Shown here: piece after piece, positions 8,850 to 18,795 of the stretch
How the letters are laid out: each line of letters starts with the position of its first letter
Position numbering within the stretch: position 1 is the first letter of the stretch
Source: a virus
Taxonomy: Duplodnaviria > Heunggongvirae > Uroviricota > Caudoviricetes
Direction: 5' to 3' (one strand)
IMG/VR virus record: IMGVR_UViG_2740892209_000013
Length of the DNA stretch: 20,605 bases
The notes under the pieces: generated by a model
Told to the model about the DNA's origin: nothing
Databases searched by the model: none
What the model saw: only the letters and a program-made list of their open reading frames with translations
Translations under genes and position numbers: made by a program

Positions 8850-9006
8850 CTGGATTCTCCTGTCAGTTAGCTTTGGTTGTGTGTGGGAGTCGTAGTCCTG
8901 AACGAAAACACCCCGCAATGGCACATTGGCAGCTAATCCGGATTCGCACTTCCGGCCAATGCTTCGTTTCGTATCACACACACCAAAGCCTTCTGCTTTG
9001 AATGCT

Positions 9007-9037
9007 GCCCTTCTTCAGGGCTTAATTTTTAAGAGCC
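9007..9037 (-). promoter_or_regulatory. nutL: nutL (boxA-like GGCTCTTAAAAATTAA and boxB hairpin GCCCTGAAGAAGGGC)
   Basis: boxB is identical to recalled lambda nutL boxB; boxA has one mismatch; lies between pL and N. Confidence 0.75.
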
Positions 9038-9082
9038 TCACCTTCAATGGTGGTCAGTGCGTCCTGCTGATGGCTTAAAATT

Positions 9083-9150
9083 ACAAGGAAGATTGTATGT
9101 TGTAAACAAGAAATATTGTAAAAAGGGGCGTGAAAAACAAACTCCATTGT
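9083..9150 (-). promoter_or_regulatory. Phage-434-type OL operators and pL: ACAAGGAAGATTGT (9083-9096), ACAAGAAATATTGT (9106-9119), ACAAACTCCATTGT (9137-9150)
   Basis: Three 14-bp ACAA-N6-TTGT sites, the 434 repressor operator architecture, read directly from the sequence; lambda homology ends at about 9070. Confidence 0.8.
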
Positions 9151-9200
9151 TTTTAAACGGAAAATAGTTTGTTTTTTTGTTATCGAGATTGAGGTGGGGA

Positions 9201-10553
<1,353 letters not shown>

Positions 10554-10561
10554 GACATTCC

Positions 10562-10593
10562 CGCTCTTACACATCCCAGCCCTGAAAAAGGGC
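10562..10593 (+). promoter_or_regulatory. nutR: nutR (boxA CGCTCTTACACA, boxB GCCCTGAAAAAGGGC)
   Basis: Lambda nutR boxA/boxB read directly, just downstream of cro. Confidence 0.8.
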
Positions 10594-10672
10594 ATCAAAA
10601 TAAACCACACCTATGGTGTATGCATTTATTTGCATACATTCAATCAATTGTTATCTAAGGAAATACTTACAT

Positions 10673-10966
10673 ATGGTTCGTGCAAACAAACGCAACGAGG
10701 CTCTACGAATCGAGAGTGCGTTGCTTAACAAAATCGCAATGCTTGGAACTGAGAAGACAGCGGAAGCTGTGGGAGTTGATAAGTCGCAGATCAGCAGGTG
10801 GAAGAGGGATTGGATTCCAAAGTTCTCAATGCTGCTTGCTGTTCTTGAATGGGGTGTCGTCGACGACGACATGGCTCGATTGGCACGACAAGTTGCTTCG
10901 ATTCTCACCAATAAAAAACGCCCGGCGGCAACCGAGCGTTCTGAACAAATCCAGATGGAATTCTGA
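10673..10966 (+). CDS. cII: CII transcriptional activator
   Basis: 97 aa MVRANKRNEALRIESALLNKIAMLGTEKTAEAVGVDKSQISRWKRDWIPKFSMLLAVLEWGVVDDDMARLARQVASILTNKKRPAATERSEQIQMEF, near-identical to lambda CII. Confidence 0.95.
   Translation: MVRANKRNEALRIESALLNKIAMLGTEKTAEAVGVDKSQISRWKRDWIPKFSMLLAVLEWGVVDDDMARLARQVASILTNKKRPAATERSEQIQMEF
10682..10695 (-). promoter_or_regulatory. pRE -35 region / CII binding site (TTGC-N6-TTGC on the minus strand)
   Basis: Reverse complement TTGCGTTTGTTTGC inside the cII 5' coding region, as in lambda pRE. Confidence 0.6.
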
Positions 10967-10988
10967 GGTTATTACTGGAACTATCAAC
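10910..10988 (-). ncRNA. oop: oop antisense RNA (about 77 nt, antisense to the cII 3' end)
   Basis: Plus strand aataaaaaacgcccggcggcaaccgagcgttctgaacaaatccagatgga...ctatcaac matches the complement of recalled lambda oop RNA, including its GC hairpin and U-tract terminator on the minus strand. Confidence 0.65.
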
Positions 10989-10998
10989 AGGAGTCATT

Positions 10999-11898
10999 AT
11001 GACAAATACAGCAAAAATACTCAACTTCGGCAGAGGTAACTTTGCCGGACAGGAGCGTAATGTGGCAGATCTCGATGATGGTTACGCCAGACTATCAAAT
11101 ATGCTGCTTGAGGCTTATTCAGGCGCAGATCTGACCAAGCGACAGTTTAAAGTGCTGCTTGCCATTCTGCGTAAAACCTATGGGTGGAATAAACCAATGG
11201 ACAGAATCACCGATTCTCAACTTAGCGAGATTACAAAGTTACCTGTCAAACGGTGCAATGAAGCCAAGTTAGAACTCGTCAGAATGAATATTATCAAGCA
11301 GCAAGGCGGCATGTTTGGACCAAATAAAAACATCTCAGAATGGTGTATCCCTCAAAACGAGGGAAAATCCCCTAAAACGAGGGATAAAACATCCCTCAAA
11401 TTGGGGGATTGCTATCCCTCAAAACAGGGGAACACAAAAGACACTAATACAAAAGAAAATAGAAAAGATTATTCGTCAGAGAATTCTGGCGAATCCTCTG
11501 ACCAGCCAGAAAACGACCTTTCTGTGGTGAAACCTGATGCTGCAATTCAGAGCGGCAGCAAATGGGGGACAGCAGAAGACCTGACCGCCGCAGAGTGGAT
11601 GTTTGACATGGTGAAGACTATCGCGCCATCAGCCAGAAAACCGAATTTTGCAGGGTGGGCTAACGATATCCGCCTGATGCGTGAACGTGACGGACGTAAC
11701 CACCGCGATATGTGTGTGCTGTTCCGCTGGGCCTGCCAGGACAACTTCTGGTCCGGTAATGTGCTGAGCCCGGCCAAACTCCGCGACAAGTGGACCCAGC
11801 TCGAAATCAACCGTAACAAGCAACAGGCAGTCGTGACAGCCAGCAAACCAAAACTCGACCTGACAAACACAGACTGGATTTACGGGGTGGATTTATGA
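10999..11898 (+). CDS. O: Replication initiator O
   Basis: 299 aa MTNTAKILNFGRGNFAGQERNVADLDDGYARLSNMLLEAYSGADLTKRQFKVLLAILRKTYGWNKPMDRITDSQLSEITKLP..., matches lambda O. Confidence 0.97.
   Translation: MTNTAKILNFGRGNFAGQERNVADLDDGYARLSNMLLEAYSGADLTKRQFKVLLAILRKTYGWNKPMDRITDSQLSEITKLPVKRCNEAKLELVRMNIIKQQGGMFGPNKNISEWCIPQNEGKSPKTRDKTSLKLGDCYPSKQGNTKDTNTKENRKDYSSENSGESSDQPENDLSVVKPDAAIQSGSKWGTAEDLTAAEWMFDMVKTIAPSARKPNFAGWANDIRLMRERDGRNHRDMCVLFRWACQDNFWSGNVLSPAKLRDKWTQLEINRNKQQAVVTASKPKLDLTNTDWIYGVDL
11345..11475. repeat. ori-lambda: four directly repeated O-binding iterons (ATCCCTCAAAACGAGGGA-type) plus adjacent AT-rich segment, inside the O gene
   Basis: Four tandem about 19-bp repeats each with an internal inverted repeat (tccctc...gaggga), followed by an A+T-rich run. 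Confidence 0.85.
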
Positions 11899-12596
11899 AA
11901 AACATCGCCGCACAGATGGTTAACTTTGACCGTGAGCAGATGCGTCGGATCGCCAACAACATGCCGGAACAGTACGACGAAAAGCCTCAGGTACAGCAGG
12001 TAGCGCAGATCATCAACGGTGTGTTCAGCCAGTTACTGGCAACTTTCCCGGCGAGCCTGGCTAACCGTGACCAGAACGAACTGAACGAAATCCGCCGCCA
12101 GTGGGTTCTGGCTTTCCGGGAAAACGGGATCACCACAATGGAACAGGTTAACGCAGGAATGCGCGTAGCCCGTCGGCAGAATCGACCATTTCTGCCATCA
12201 CCCGGGCAGTTTGTTGCATGGTGCCGGGAAGAAGCATCCGTTATCGCCGGACAGCCAAACGTCAGCGAGCTGGTTGATATGGTTTACGAGTATTGCCGGA
12301 AGCGAGGCCTGTATCCGGATGCGGAGTCTTATCCGTGGAAATCAAACGCGCACTACTGGCTGGTTACCAACCTGTATCAGAACATGCGGGCCAATGCGCT
12401 TACTGATGCGGAATTACGGCGCAAGGCTGCCGATGAACTGTCCTGTATGACCGCACGAATTAACCGTGGTGAGGCTATACCTGAACCAGTAAAACAACTT
12501 CCTGTCATGGGCGGTAGACCTCTAAATCGTGCACAGGCTCTGGCGAAGATCGCAGAAATCAAAGCTAAGTTTGGGCTGAAAGGAGCAAGTGTATGA
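11895..12596 (+). CDS. P: Replication protein P (DnaB helicase loader)
   Basis: 233 aa MKNIAAQMVNFDREQMRRIANNMPEQYDEKPQVQQVAQIINGVFSQLLATF..., matches lambda P; ATGA overlap with O stop. Confidence 0.97.
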   Translation: MKNIAAQMVNFDREQMRRIANNMPEQYDEKPQVQQVAQIINGVFSQLLATFPASLANRDQNELNEIRRQWVLAFRENGITTMEQVNAGMRVARRQNRPFLPSPGQFVAWCREEASVIAGQPNVSELVDMVYEYCRKRGLYPDAESYPWKSNAHYWLVTNLYQNMRANALTDAELRRKAADELSCMTARINRGEAIPEPVKQLPVMGGRPLNRAQALAKIAEIKAKFGLKGASV

Positions 12597-12883
12597 CGGG
12601 CAAAGAGGCAATTATTCATTACCTGGGGACGCATAATAGCTTCTGTGCGCCGGACGTTGCCGCGTTAACAGGCGCAACAGTAACCGGCATAAATCAGGCC
12701 GCGGCTAAAATGGCACGGGCAGGTCTTCTGGTTATCGAAGGTAAGGTCTGGCGAACGGTGTATTACCGGTTCGCTACTAGGGAAGAACGGGAAGGAAAGA
12801 TGAGCACGAACCTGATTTTTAAGGAGTGTCGCCAGAGTGCCGCGATGAAACGGGTATTGGCGGTATATGGAGTTAAAAGATGA
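12593..12883 (+). CDS. ren: Ren (Rex exclusion resistance)
   Basis: 96 aa MTGKEAIIHYLGTHNSFCAPDVAALTGATVTGINQAAAKMARAGLLVIEGKVWRTVYYRF..., matches lambda Ren. Confidence 0.9.
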   Translation: MTGKEAIIHYLGTHNSFCAPDVAALTGATVTGINQAAAKMARAGLLVIEGKVWRTVYYRFATREEREGKMSTNLIFKECRQSAAMKRVLAVYGVKR

Positions 12884-12907
12884 CCATCTACATCACTGAG
12901 CTAATAA

Positions 12908-12940
12908 CAGGCCTGCTGGTAATCGCAGGCCTTTTTATTT
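12908..12940 (+). terminator. tR2 intrinsic terminator
   Basis: Hairpin AGGCCTGC-tggtaatc-GCAGGCCT followed by TTTTTATTT between ren and ninB, as in lambda. Confidence 0.7.
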
Positions 12941-12956
12941 GGGGGAGAGGGAAGTC

Positions 12957-13397
12957 ATGAAAAAACTAACCTTTGAAATTCGATCTCCAGCACATCAGCA
13001 AAACGCTATTCACGCAGTACAGCAAATCCTTCCAGACCCAACCAAACCAATCGTAGTAACCATTCAGGAACGCAACCGCAGCTTAGACCAAAACAGGAAG
13101 CTATGGGCCTGCTTAGGTGACGTCTCTCGTCAGGTTGAATGGCATGGTCGCTGGCTGGATGCAGAAAGCTGGAAGTGTGTGTTTACCGCAGCATTAAAGC
13201 AGCAGGATGTTGTTCCTAACCTTGCCGGGAATGGCTTTGTGGTAATAGGCCAGCCAACCAGCAGGATGCGTGTAAGCGAATTTGCGGAGCTATTAGAGCT
13301 TATACAGGCATTCGGTACAGAGCGTGGCGTTAAGTGGTCAGACGAAGCGCGACTGGCTCTCGAATGGAAAGCGCGATGGGGAGATCGGGCTGCATGA
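12957..13397 (+). CDS. ninB: NinB (Orf family recombination mediator)
   Basis: 146 aa from MKKLTFEIRSPAHQQNAIHAVQQILPDPTKPIVVTIQERNRSLDQNRKLWACLGDVSRQVEWHGRW..., matches lambda NinB. Confidence 0.9.
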   Translation: MKKLTFEIRSPAHQQNAIHAVQQILPDPTKPIVVTIQERNRSLDQNRKLWACLGDVSRQVEWHGRWLDAESWKCVFTAALKQQDVVPNLAGNGFVVIGQPTSRMRVSEFAELLELIQAFGTERGVKWSDEARLALEWKARWGDRAA

Positions 13398-13921
13398 CTA
13401 TCAAATCAAATACGCCAGCACACGACAAGGACTGCTGGCAAACGCCGCTTTGGCTTTTTGATGCACTGGATATTGAGTTTGGATTCTGGCTGGATTCGGC
13501 AGCGAGCGACAAAAACGCTCTGTGCGCTCACTGGCTAACTGAGGCTGACGACGCGCTAAATTCTGAGTGGATAAGCCACGGTGCAATCTGGAATAACCCA
13601 CCGTACAGCAATATCAGGCCGTGGGTGGAAAAAGCCGCTGAGCAGTGCATACAACAGCGACAGACGGTAGTGATGCTTGTGCCAGAGGATATGTCTGTCG
13701 GATGGTTCAGCAAGGCTCTGGAGAGTGTTGACGAAGTTCGTATTATCACTGATGGACGGATTAATTTTATCGAACCATCGACAGGGCTGGAGAAGAAGGG
13801 AAACAGCAAAGGCTCCATGCTGCTGATTTGGCGACCGTTCATTAGTCCTCGACGGATGTTTACTATCGTATCCAAAGCGGCATTGATGGCGATCGGGCAG
13901 GGCGTCAGGAGGGCGGCATGA
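13394..13921 (+). CDS. Phage DNA N6-adenine methyltransferase (Dam-like, NPPY motif), orphan; occupies the lambda ninC/ninD position
   Basis: 175 aa from [26 protein letters not shown]...; catalytic NPPYS motif present; start overlaps ninB stop (ATGA); no adjacent restriction endonuclease ORF. Confidence 0.8.
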   Translation: MTIKSNTPAHDKDCWQTPLWLFDALDIEFGFWLDSAASDKNALCAHWLTEADDALNSEWISHGAIWNNPPYSNIRPWVEKAAEQCIQQRQTVVMLVPEDMSVGWFSKALESVDEVRIITDGRINFIEPSTGLEKKGNSKGSMLLIWRPFISPRRMFTIVSKAALMAIGQGVRRAA

Positions 13922-14100
13922 GGCGACAACGACGAAGTTTCACCGACATCATCTGCGAAAACTGCAAATACCTTCCAACGAAACGCTCCAGAAATAAACG
14001 CAAGCCAATCCCAAAAGAATCTGACGTAAAAACCTTCAACTACACGGCTCACCTGTGGGATATCCGGTGGCTAAGACATCGTGCGAGGAATACAAGGTGA
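13918..14100 (+). CDS. ninE: NinE
   Basis: 60 aa [60 protein letters not shown], matches lambda NinE. Confidence 0.85.
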   Translation: MRRQRRSFTDIICENCKYLPTKRSRNKRKPIPKESDVKTFNYTAHLWDIRWLRHRARNTR

Positions 14101-14267
14101 TTGACCCAAATCGAAGTTACGAACAAGAAAGCGTCGAGCGGGCTTTAACGTGCGCTAATTGCGGTCAGAAGCTGCATGTGCTGGAAGTTCACGTGTGTGA
14201 GCACTGCTGTGCAGAGCTGATGAGCGATTCGAATAGCTCGATGCACGAGGAAGAAGATGATGGCTAA
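14097..14267 (+). CDS. ninF: NinF (probable GTG start overlapping ninE stop)
   Basis: [56 protein letters not shown], matches lambda NinF; start codon assignment is uncertain. Confidence 0.65.
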   Translation: MIDPNRSYEQESVERALTCANCGQKLHVLEVHVCEHCCAELMSDSNSSMHEEEDDG

Positions 14268-14871
14268 ACCAGCGCGAAGACGATGTAAAAACGATGAATG
14301 TCGGGAATGGTTTCACCCTGCATTCGCTAATCAGTGGTGGTGCTCTCCAGAGTGTGGAACCAAGATAGCACTCGAACGACGAAGTAAAGAACGCGAAAAA
14401 GCGGAAAAAGCAGCAGAGAAGAAACGACGACGAGAGGAGCAGAAACAGAAAGATAAACTTAAGATTCGAAAACTCGCCTTAAAGCCCCGCAGTTACTGGA
14501 TTAAACAAGCCCAACAAGCCGTAAACGCCTTCATCAGAGAAAGAGACCGCGACTTACCATGTATCTCGTGCGGAACGCTCACGTCTGCTCAGTGGGATGC
14601 CGGACATTACCGGACAACTGCTGCGGCACCTCAACTCCGATTTGATGAACGCAATATTCACAAGCAATGCGTGGTGTGCAACCAGCACAAAAGCGGAAAT
14701 CTCGTTCCGTATCGCGTCGAACTGATTAGCCGCATCGGGCAGGAAGCAGTAGACGAAATCGAATCAAACCATAACCGCCATCGCTGGACTGTCGAAGAGT
14801 GCAAGGCGATCAAGGCAGAGTACCAACAGAAACTCAAAGACCTGCGAAACAGCAGAAGTGAGGCTGCATGA
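14257..14871 (+). CDS. ninG: NinG / Rap recombination protein
   Basis: 204 aa [63 protein letters not shown]..., matches lambda NinG. Confidence 0.9.
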   Translation: MMAKPARRRCKNDECREWFHPAFANQWWCSPECGTKIALERRSKEREKAEKAAEKKRRREEQKQKDKLKIRKLALKPRSYWIKQAQQAVNAFIRERDRDLPCISCGTLTSAQWDAGHYRTTAAAPQLRFDERNIHKQCVVCNQHKSGNLVPYRVELISRIGQEAVDEIESNHNRHRWTVEECKAIKAEYQQKLKDLRNSRSEAA

Positions 14872-15533
14872 ATATCTACGAAAGAATTGATGGCAGCAAA
14901 TACCGAAATATTTGGGTAGCTGGCGACCTGCACGGATGCTACACGAACCTGATGAACAAACTGGATACGATTGGATTCGACACCAAAAAAGACCTGCTCA
15001 TCTCGGTTGGCGATTTGGTTGATCGCGGTACAGAGAACGTCGAATGTCTGGAATTAATCACATTCCCCTGGTTCAGAGCTGTGCGTGGAAACCATGAGCA
15101 AATGATGATTGATGGCTTATCAGAGCGTGGAAACGTTAATCACTGGCTGCTTAATGGCGGTGGCTGGTTCTTTAATCTCGATTACGACAAAGAGACTCTG
15201 GCTAAAGTTCTTGCCCATAAAGCAGAAGAACTTCCGTTAATCATCGAACTGGTGAGCAAAGATAAAAAATATGTCATTTGCCACGCCGATTATCCTTGTG
15301 ATAAATACGAGTTTGGAAAGCCAGTTGATCATCAGCAGGTAATCTGGAACCGCGAACGAATCAGCAACTCACAAGACGGGATCGTGAAAGAAATCAAAGG
15401 CGCGGACACGTTCATCTTTGGTCATACGCCAGCAGTGAAACCACTCAAATTTGCCAACCAGATGTATATCGATACTGGCGCAGTGTTCTGCGGAAACCTC
15501 ACATTGATTCAGGTACAGGGAGAAGGCGCATGA
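14868..15533 (+). CDS. Lambda-type Ser/Thr protein phosphatase (orf221 / NinI, PPP family)
   Basis: 221 aa with metallophosphatase motifs GDLHG, GDLVDRG, GNHE; matches lambda PPase. Confidence 0.9.
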   Translation: MNIYERIDGSKYRNIWVAGDLHGCYTNLMNKLDTIGFDTKKDLLISVGDLVDRGTENVECLELITFPWFRAVRGNHEQMMIDGLSERGNVNHWLLNGGGWFFNLDYDKETLAKVLAHKAEELPLIIELVSKDKKYVICHADYPCDKYEFGKPVDHQQVIWNRERISNSQDGIVKEIKGADTFIFGHTPAVKPLKFANQMYIDTGAVFCGNLTLIQVQGEGA

Positions 15534-15619
15534 GACTCGAAAGCGTAGCTAAATTTCATTCGCCAAAAAGCCCGATGATGAGCGACTCACTACTGGCCAC
15601 AGTTTATTGGTTTTCGTAA
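15530..15619 (+). pseudogene. Q: Remnant of lambda-type antiterminator Q (first 20 codons only, then unrelated sequence and stop after 29 codons)
   Basis: ATGA overlap with phosphatase stop as in lambda; [20 protein letters not shown] identical to the lambda Q N-terminus, then SLLATVYWFS-stop; lambda Q is 207 aa. Confidence 0.7.
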
Positions 15620-15744
15620 CTGAGTCATTTTATTATTTTATTGCAACTTTTAATCTTTTATAGTGCGAAATAAATGGAGCTGGCATTCATTTCGCACTTT
15701 ATGTTTTTGTTGGACTTATGTTATTTTGATTGAATTCAATTCAG

Positions 15745-16704
15745 TTAAAAAAAGAAGGTGATTGCTCCATTTATAAATGAATAGTCATCCCCTGTCTTGA
15801 ATTCTGATGTTACTTTATTAAATGCTAGTGTGAAGGCTACAGGTGCATACCCAATTGTTGCGCCAACTTGATATTCATCAACAGTTTTGTTTAGCGATAC
15901 TGTTGTTTGTTTCGTCTGTATTGTTTTTCCTTCGAGAGTATAGTTGCGATTGACATCTCGTCTTTCCATACCTGCAAAAATCTTGTATTTGAATCCGCTT
16001 GTATCGGACATATGCATTAAACCACGGGGAGCCAGCAGACCAAAGCCATTATCCGAATTGAAGGTTTTATCATTACCAATGGCAATGGTTGCGCCATATG
16101 CTACATATTGAAATAAGTTTCCAGTAACAGCAGAAACTTCAGGGTATAATCCAACATTAGCACCTAAAATATCCATACTTGGTGTCATGGATAGCATCCC
16201 TTTTACAGTATAACCGTAGCGATTCTCTATTTGATCATCCCATGCATGATATTTTTCTGCCCCAATAATCTCATGAGCTTTATTTTGTACTTTCTGACCG
16301 CCTGCGTCGGGGCCAACAACACCTATGTCAGTACCTAATCGATAGCGAATCCAGTCATTCGCAAGGGAGTTCCATTCAATACCAGTGTGAGTGTATGCAC
16401 TAAAAGCTCTGTCTCCAGTTACAGCTGTGTTGTGTCTTTTATTACTGCCTGATGGAGAGTAAATATCTTGCGCAATATGGAGAGATAATTGGCTCGAGTC
16501 TGAGATATCGTGGCTATATCCCAGAAATAAGCCTTGTGAGTAATCATCTCTGTTTTCATGTTTATTGCCATAAATATCATTAAGTATTGGTTGAAACTTC
16601 CCTGCATCATCATTTGCTAATGATAATGCAAGGCTGTTCGCGATAGCTGAACACGTGGTAAATGACAGAGCAATAAAGACGCCAGCGATGACACTTTTTT
16701 TCAT
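15745..16704 (-). CDS. Outer-membrane beta-barrel protein, probably an LpxR-family lipid A 3'-O-deacylase (cargo gene)
   Basis: 319 aa; signal peptide MKKSVIAGVFIALSFTTCSAIA; C-terminal aromatic ...GAITFFF typical of beta-barrel OMPs; length and motifs resemble LpxR as recalled (not searched); AT-rich with a long AT-rich 5' region. Confidence 0.55.
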   Translation of the reverse strand: MKKSVIAGVFIALSFTTCSAIANSLALSLANDDAGKFQPILNDIYGNKHENRDDYSQGLFLGYSHDISDSSQLSLHIAQDIYSPSGSNKRHNTAVTGDRAFSAYTHTGIEWNSLANDWIRYRLGTDIGVVGPDAGGQKVQNKAHEIIGAEKYHAWDDQIENRYGYTVKGMLSMTPSMDILGANVGLYPEVSAVTGNLFQYVAYGATIAIGNDKTFNSDNGFGLLAPRGLMHMSDTSGFKYKIFAGMERRDVNRNYTLEGKTIQTKQTTVSLNKTVDEYQVGATIGYAPVAFTLAFNKVTSEFKTGDDYSFINGAITFFF

Positions 16705-17177
16705 ATGTTATTGTCTTCCTTTTTTTTGAATGGTGCGCGTATTTTACATACATGAGTTTGTAATACAAGGTGCGTAATCAATATGATGTTTTATAATTGC
16801 GTGAGACAATTGATTTATTCGTTTTTTATTGCGGTTTTTATTATCTTTTAATGTAACGGTGTTTTTATTAAGTGTGTTTGCGTGGTGTTTTATGTTTTTA
16901 TAATTTTTATTTTATTAAATTTAAATGCATTAGTAATGGCTATTCTATATAGCAATATAAGAACTGTTACAAAAAAAGGGGGGCAATTACAGGTAGTTAT
17001 GGATGATGAGTGAAACAGATATTGGAGAACCGGGGAATGAATGATGTCTGAGTCTTATATATCAGAACTCCTTCGCTGTCGCTGGGGGCTCCTGTGCTTA
17101 TGTCGTTTCCCCGATTCGGTTTTGAACGATTACCGAATGTTGAAGAATTATGCCAAAATATAGAAAGGATTTACTGC

Positions 17178-17867
17178 ATGAATACCCAATATTTACAGTA
17201 TGTTCGTGAGCAACTTATGGCAGCTACTGCTGACTTGAACGGAGCAACGAAAGGCCAGCTCGAAGCCTGGCAGGAGCATGCACAATTTGATACTGGTACA
17301 TACAAACGAAAGAAGCCGCGCATTCTGGATGTGGTAACTGGCAAGATGATTACGCTGGATAATACGCCGACTTCCGGTAAGCAGTCGTACGCAAAAGGTT
17401 CATCCATTGCTTTGGTCAGCCCGGTTGAATTCTCAACCTCTTCATGGCGCCGCGCGGTTTTGTCTCTCGATGAACATCAGAAAGCATGGTTGCTTTGGTG
17501 TTACAGCGAAAGCGTTCGATGGGGGCATCAGGTCACCATAACGCAATGGGCATGGAGCGAGTTTAAAGATTTGTTAAGTAACAGAAAAATTGCAGGTAAG
17601 ACACTGGATCGCCTGAAGACGTTAATCTGGCTGGCTGCACAGGATGTGAAGAGCGAACTTGCAGGGCGTGAGGCCTATGAATACCAGACACTGGCATCAT
17701 TGGTGGGAGTGACAACAAAAAACTGGTCCGAGACATTTACTGAACGCTGGGTTGCAATGAAGCACATTTTTCTACAGCTTGATAGTGATGCTTTATTGCT
17801 TGTGACGAGAACACGTTCAAAACAAAAGGCAGCATTTTTACAGCAAAATATTGCAAAACTGGATTAA
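17178..17867 (+). CDS. Putative late-gene antiterminator of a non-lambda Q family (by position); start uncertain (17094 or 17178)
   Basis: 229 aa from the ATG with an AAGGA Shine-Dalgarno; no Cys4 zinc finger; followed immediately by a consensus-like promoter and a terminator, the arrangement expected of Q / pR' / tR'. Confidence 0.4.
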   Translation: MNTQYLQYVREQLMAATADLNGATKGQLEAWQEHAQFDTGTYKRKKPRILDVVTGKMITLDNTPTSGKQSYAKGSSIALVSPVEFSTSSWRRAVLSLDEHQKAWLLWCYSESVRWGHQVTITQWAWSEFKDLLSNRKIAGKTLDRLKTLIWLAAQDVKSELAGREAYEYQTLASLVGVTTKNWSETFTERWVAMKHIFLQLDSDALLLVTRTRSKQKAAFLQQNIAKLD

Positions 17868-17879
17868 AAGCCATATACT
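17851..17879 (+). promoter_or_regulatory. Candidate late promoter pR' (-35 TTGCAA, 17-bp spacer, -10 TATACT)
   Basis: Near-consensus sigma-70 hexamers with optimal spacing, overlapping the 3' end of the Q-like gene. Confidence 0.45.
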
Positions 17880-17914
17880 TCATGCAAATTTGGTATGTTG
17901 TAAAAAATGTATAA

Positions 17915-17940
17915 ACCCGCTGCCGAGTGGGTTTTTTTTA
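17915..17940 (+). terminator. Candidate tR' intrinsic terminator (ACCCGCU-GCCG-AGUGGGU then 8 U)
   Basis: 7-bp stem including one G-U pair, followed by TTTTTTTT, about 35-60 nt downstream of the candidate pR'. Confidence 0.55.
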
Positions 17941-18078
17941 TGCCCTGAGTTGTACTTGTACGGTAAACATGCTGGCTGCTATGTAATAGAGTTTTTTTAG
18001 CCTGTAACCTCTTGACGGCATTGAATTGCTTTTGTTATGAGTTGTAAGCCAATGTTATCATCTTGTATTGGGGTGGTT

Positions 18079-18795
18079 ATGAAGGATGGTGCGCTGCTCA
18101 GGAGTTCTTCACTTTTTATTGCCTACATGGGATGCCTTGGATGGGGGAGTGCTTATTTCTATGGATGGGGTACTTCTTTTTACTACGGCTTCCCATGGTG
18201 GATTGTAGGTGCAGGTGTTGATGATGTTGCCAGAAGTTTATTTTTTGCAGTTATCGTCATTGCTATATTTCTTATCGGTTGGGGTATTGGTGTTGTATTC
18301 TTTTTCGCAGTGAAAAGAAAACATTCTATGCAAGAGCTAAATGTATTTCGCCTTTATTTTGCTGTGGAATTATTGTTTGTGCCGGCAATTATTGAGTTTT
18401 CTATATTGAGACAGAAGATTCAGGTACCTCTTTTGCTACTGTCAGCAGCGATTGCGCTGGCGGTTACAATTTCGATAAGATCTTATGGGCGATTTTTATC
18501 GGTATCATGCTTCTATGATAAGCCATTTATAAAAAAACATTTTTTTGAGATTGTGATGATTGCTTTTGTGGCATATTTTTGGCTTTTTTCATTTCTGACA
18601 GGATATTACAAACCACAGTTTAAGAAAGAATATGAAATGATTAATTATAATGATGGTTGGTATTATGTTCTTGCTCGTTATGATAATTGTCTGGTTTTGT
18701 CTACTTCTTTCAATGCAGGTAGTAAAAGGTTTGTCATTTATCAATCAGCACAAGATAAGAATCTTCAGGTTGATATTGTAAGGACCAGAATTTAA
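18079..18795 (+). CDS. Hypothetical polytopic inner-membrane protein (about 4-5 TM segments plus C-terminal domain) in the Q-to-lysis cargo slot; start uncertain (18037 / 18052 / 18079)
   Basis: 252-aa ORF; ATG at 18079 has a GGGGTGG Shine-Dalgarno; hydrophobic segments FFAVIVIAIFLIGWGIGVVFFFAV, VPLLLLSAAIALAVTISI, FEIVMIAFVAYFWLFSFL; AT-rich. Confidence 0.6.
   Translation: MKDGALLRSSSLFIAYMGCLGWGSAYFYGWGTSFYYGFPWWIVGAGVDDVARSLFFAVIVIAIFLIGWGIGVVFFFAVKRKHSMQELNVFRLYFAVELLFVPAIIEFSILRQKIQVPLLLLSAAIALAVTISIRSYGRFLSVSCFYDKPFIKKHFFEIVMIAFVAYFWLFSFLTGYYKPQFKKEYEMINYNDGWYYVLARYDNCLVLSTSFNAGSKRFVIYQSAQDKNLQVDIVRTRI

Noticed and set aside
8634-8981. 115-aa minus-strand ORF extending N upstream (MCDTKRSIGRK...)
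   Set aside because: The extension runs across nutL and the leader region; the true N start is the conserved MDAQTRRRERR at 8849
11340-11440. Tandem repeats that might be mistaken for a CRISPR array or an IS terminal repeat
   Set aside because: They are the four O-protein iterons of ori-lambda inside the O gene; no spacers, only four units, and the expected adjacent AT-rich region is present
13528-14052. 174-aa minus-strand ORF antisense to the methyltransferase and ninE
   Set aside because: Completely overlapped by plus-strand nin genes that are start-stop coupled and match lambda; the antisense frame has no support
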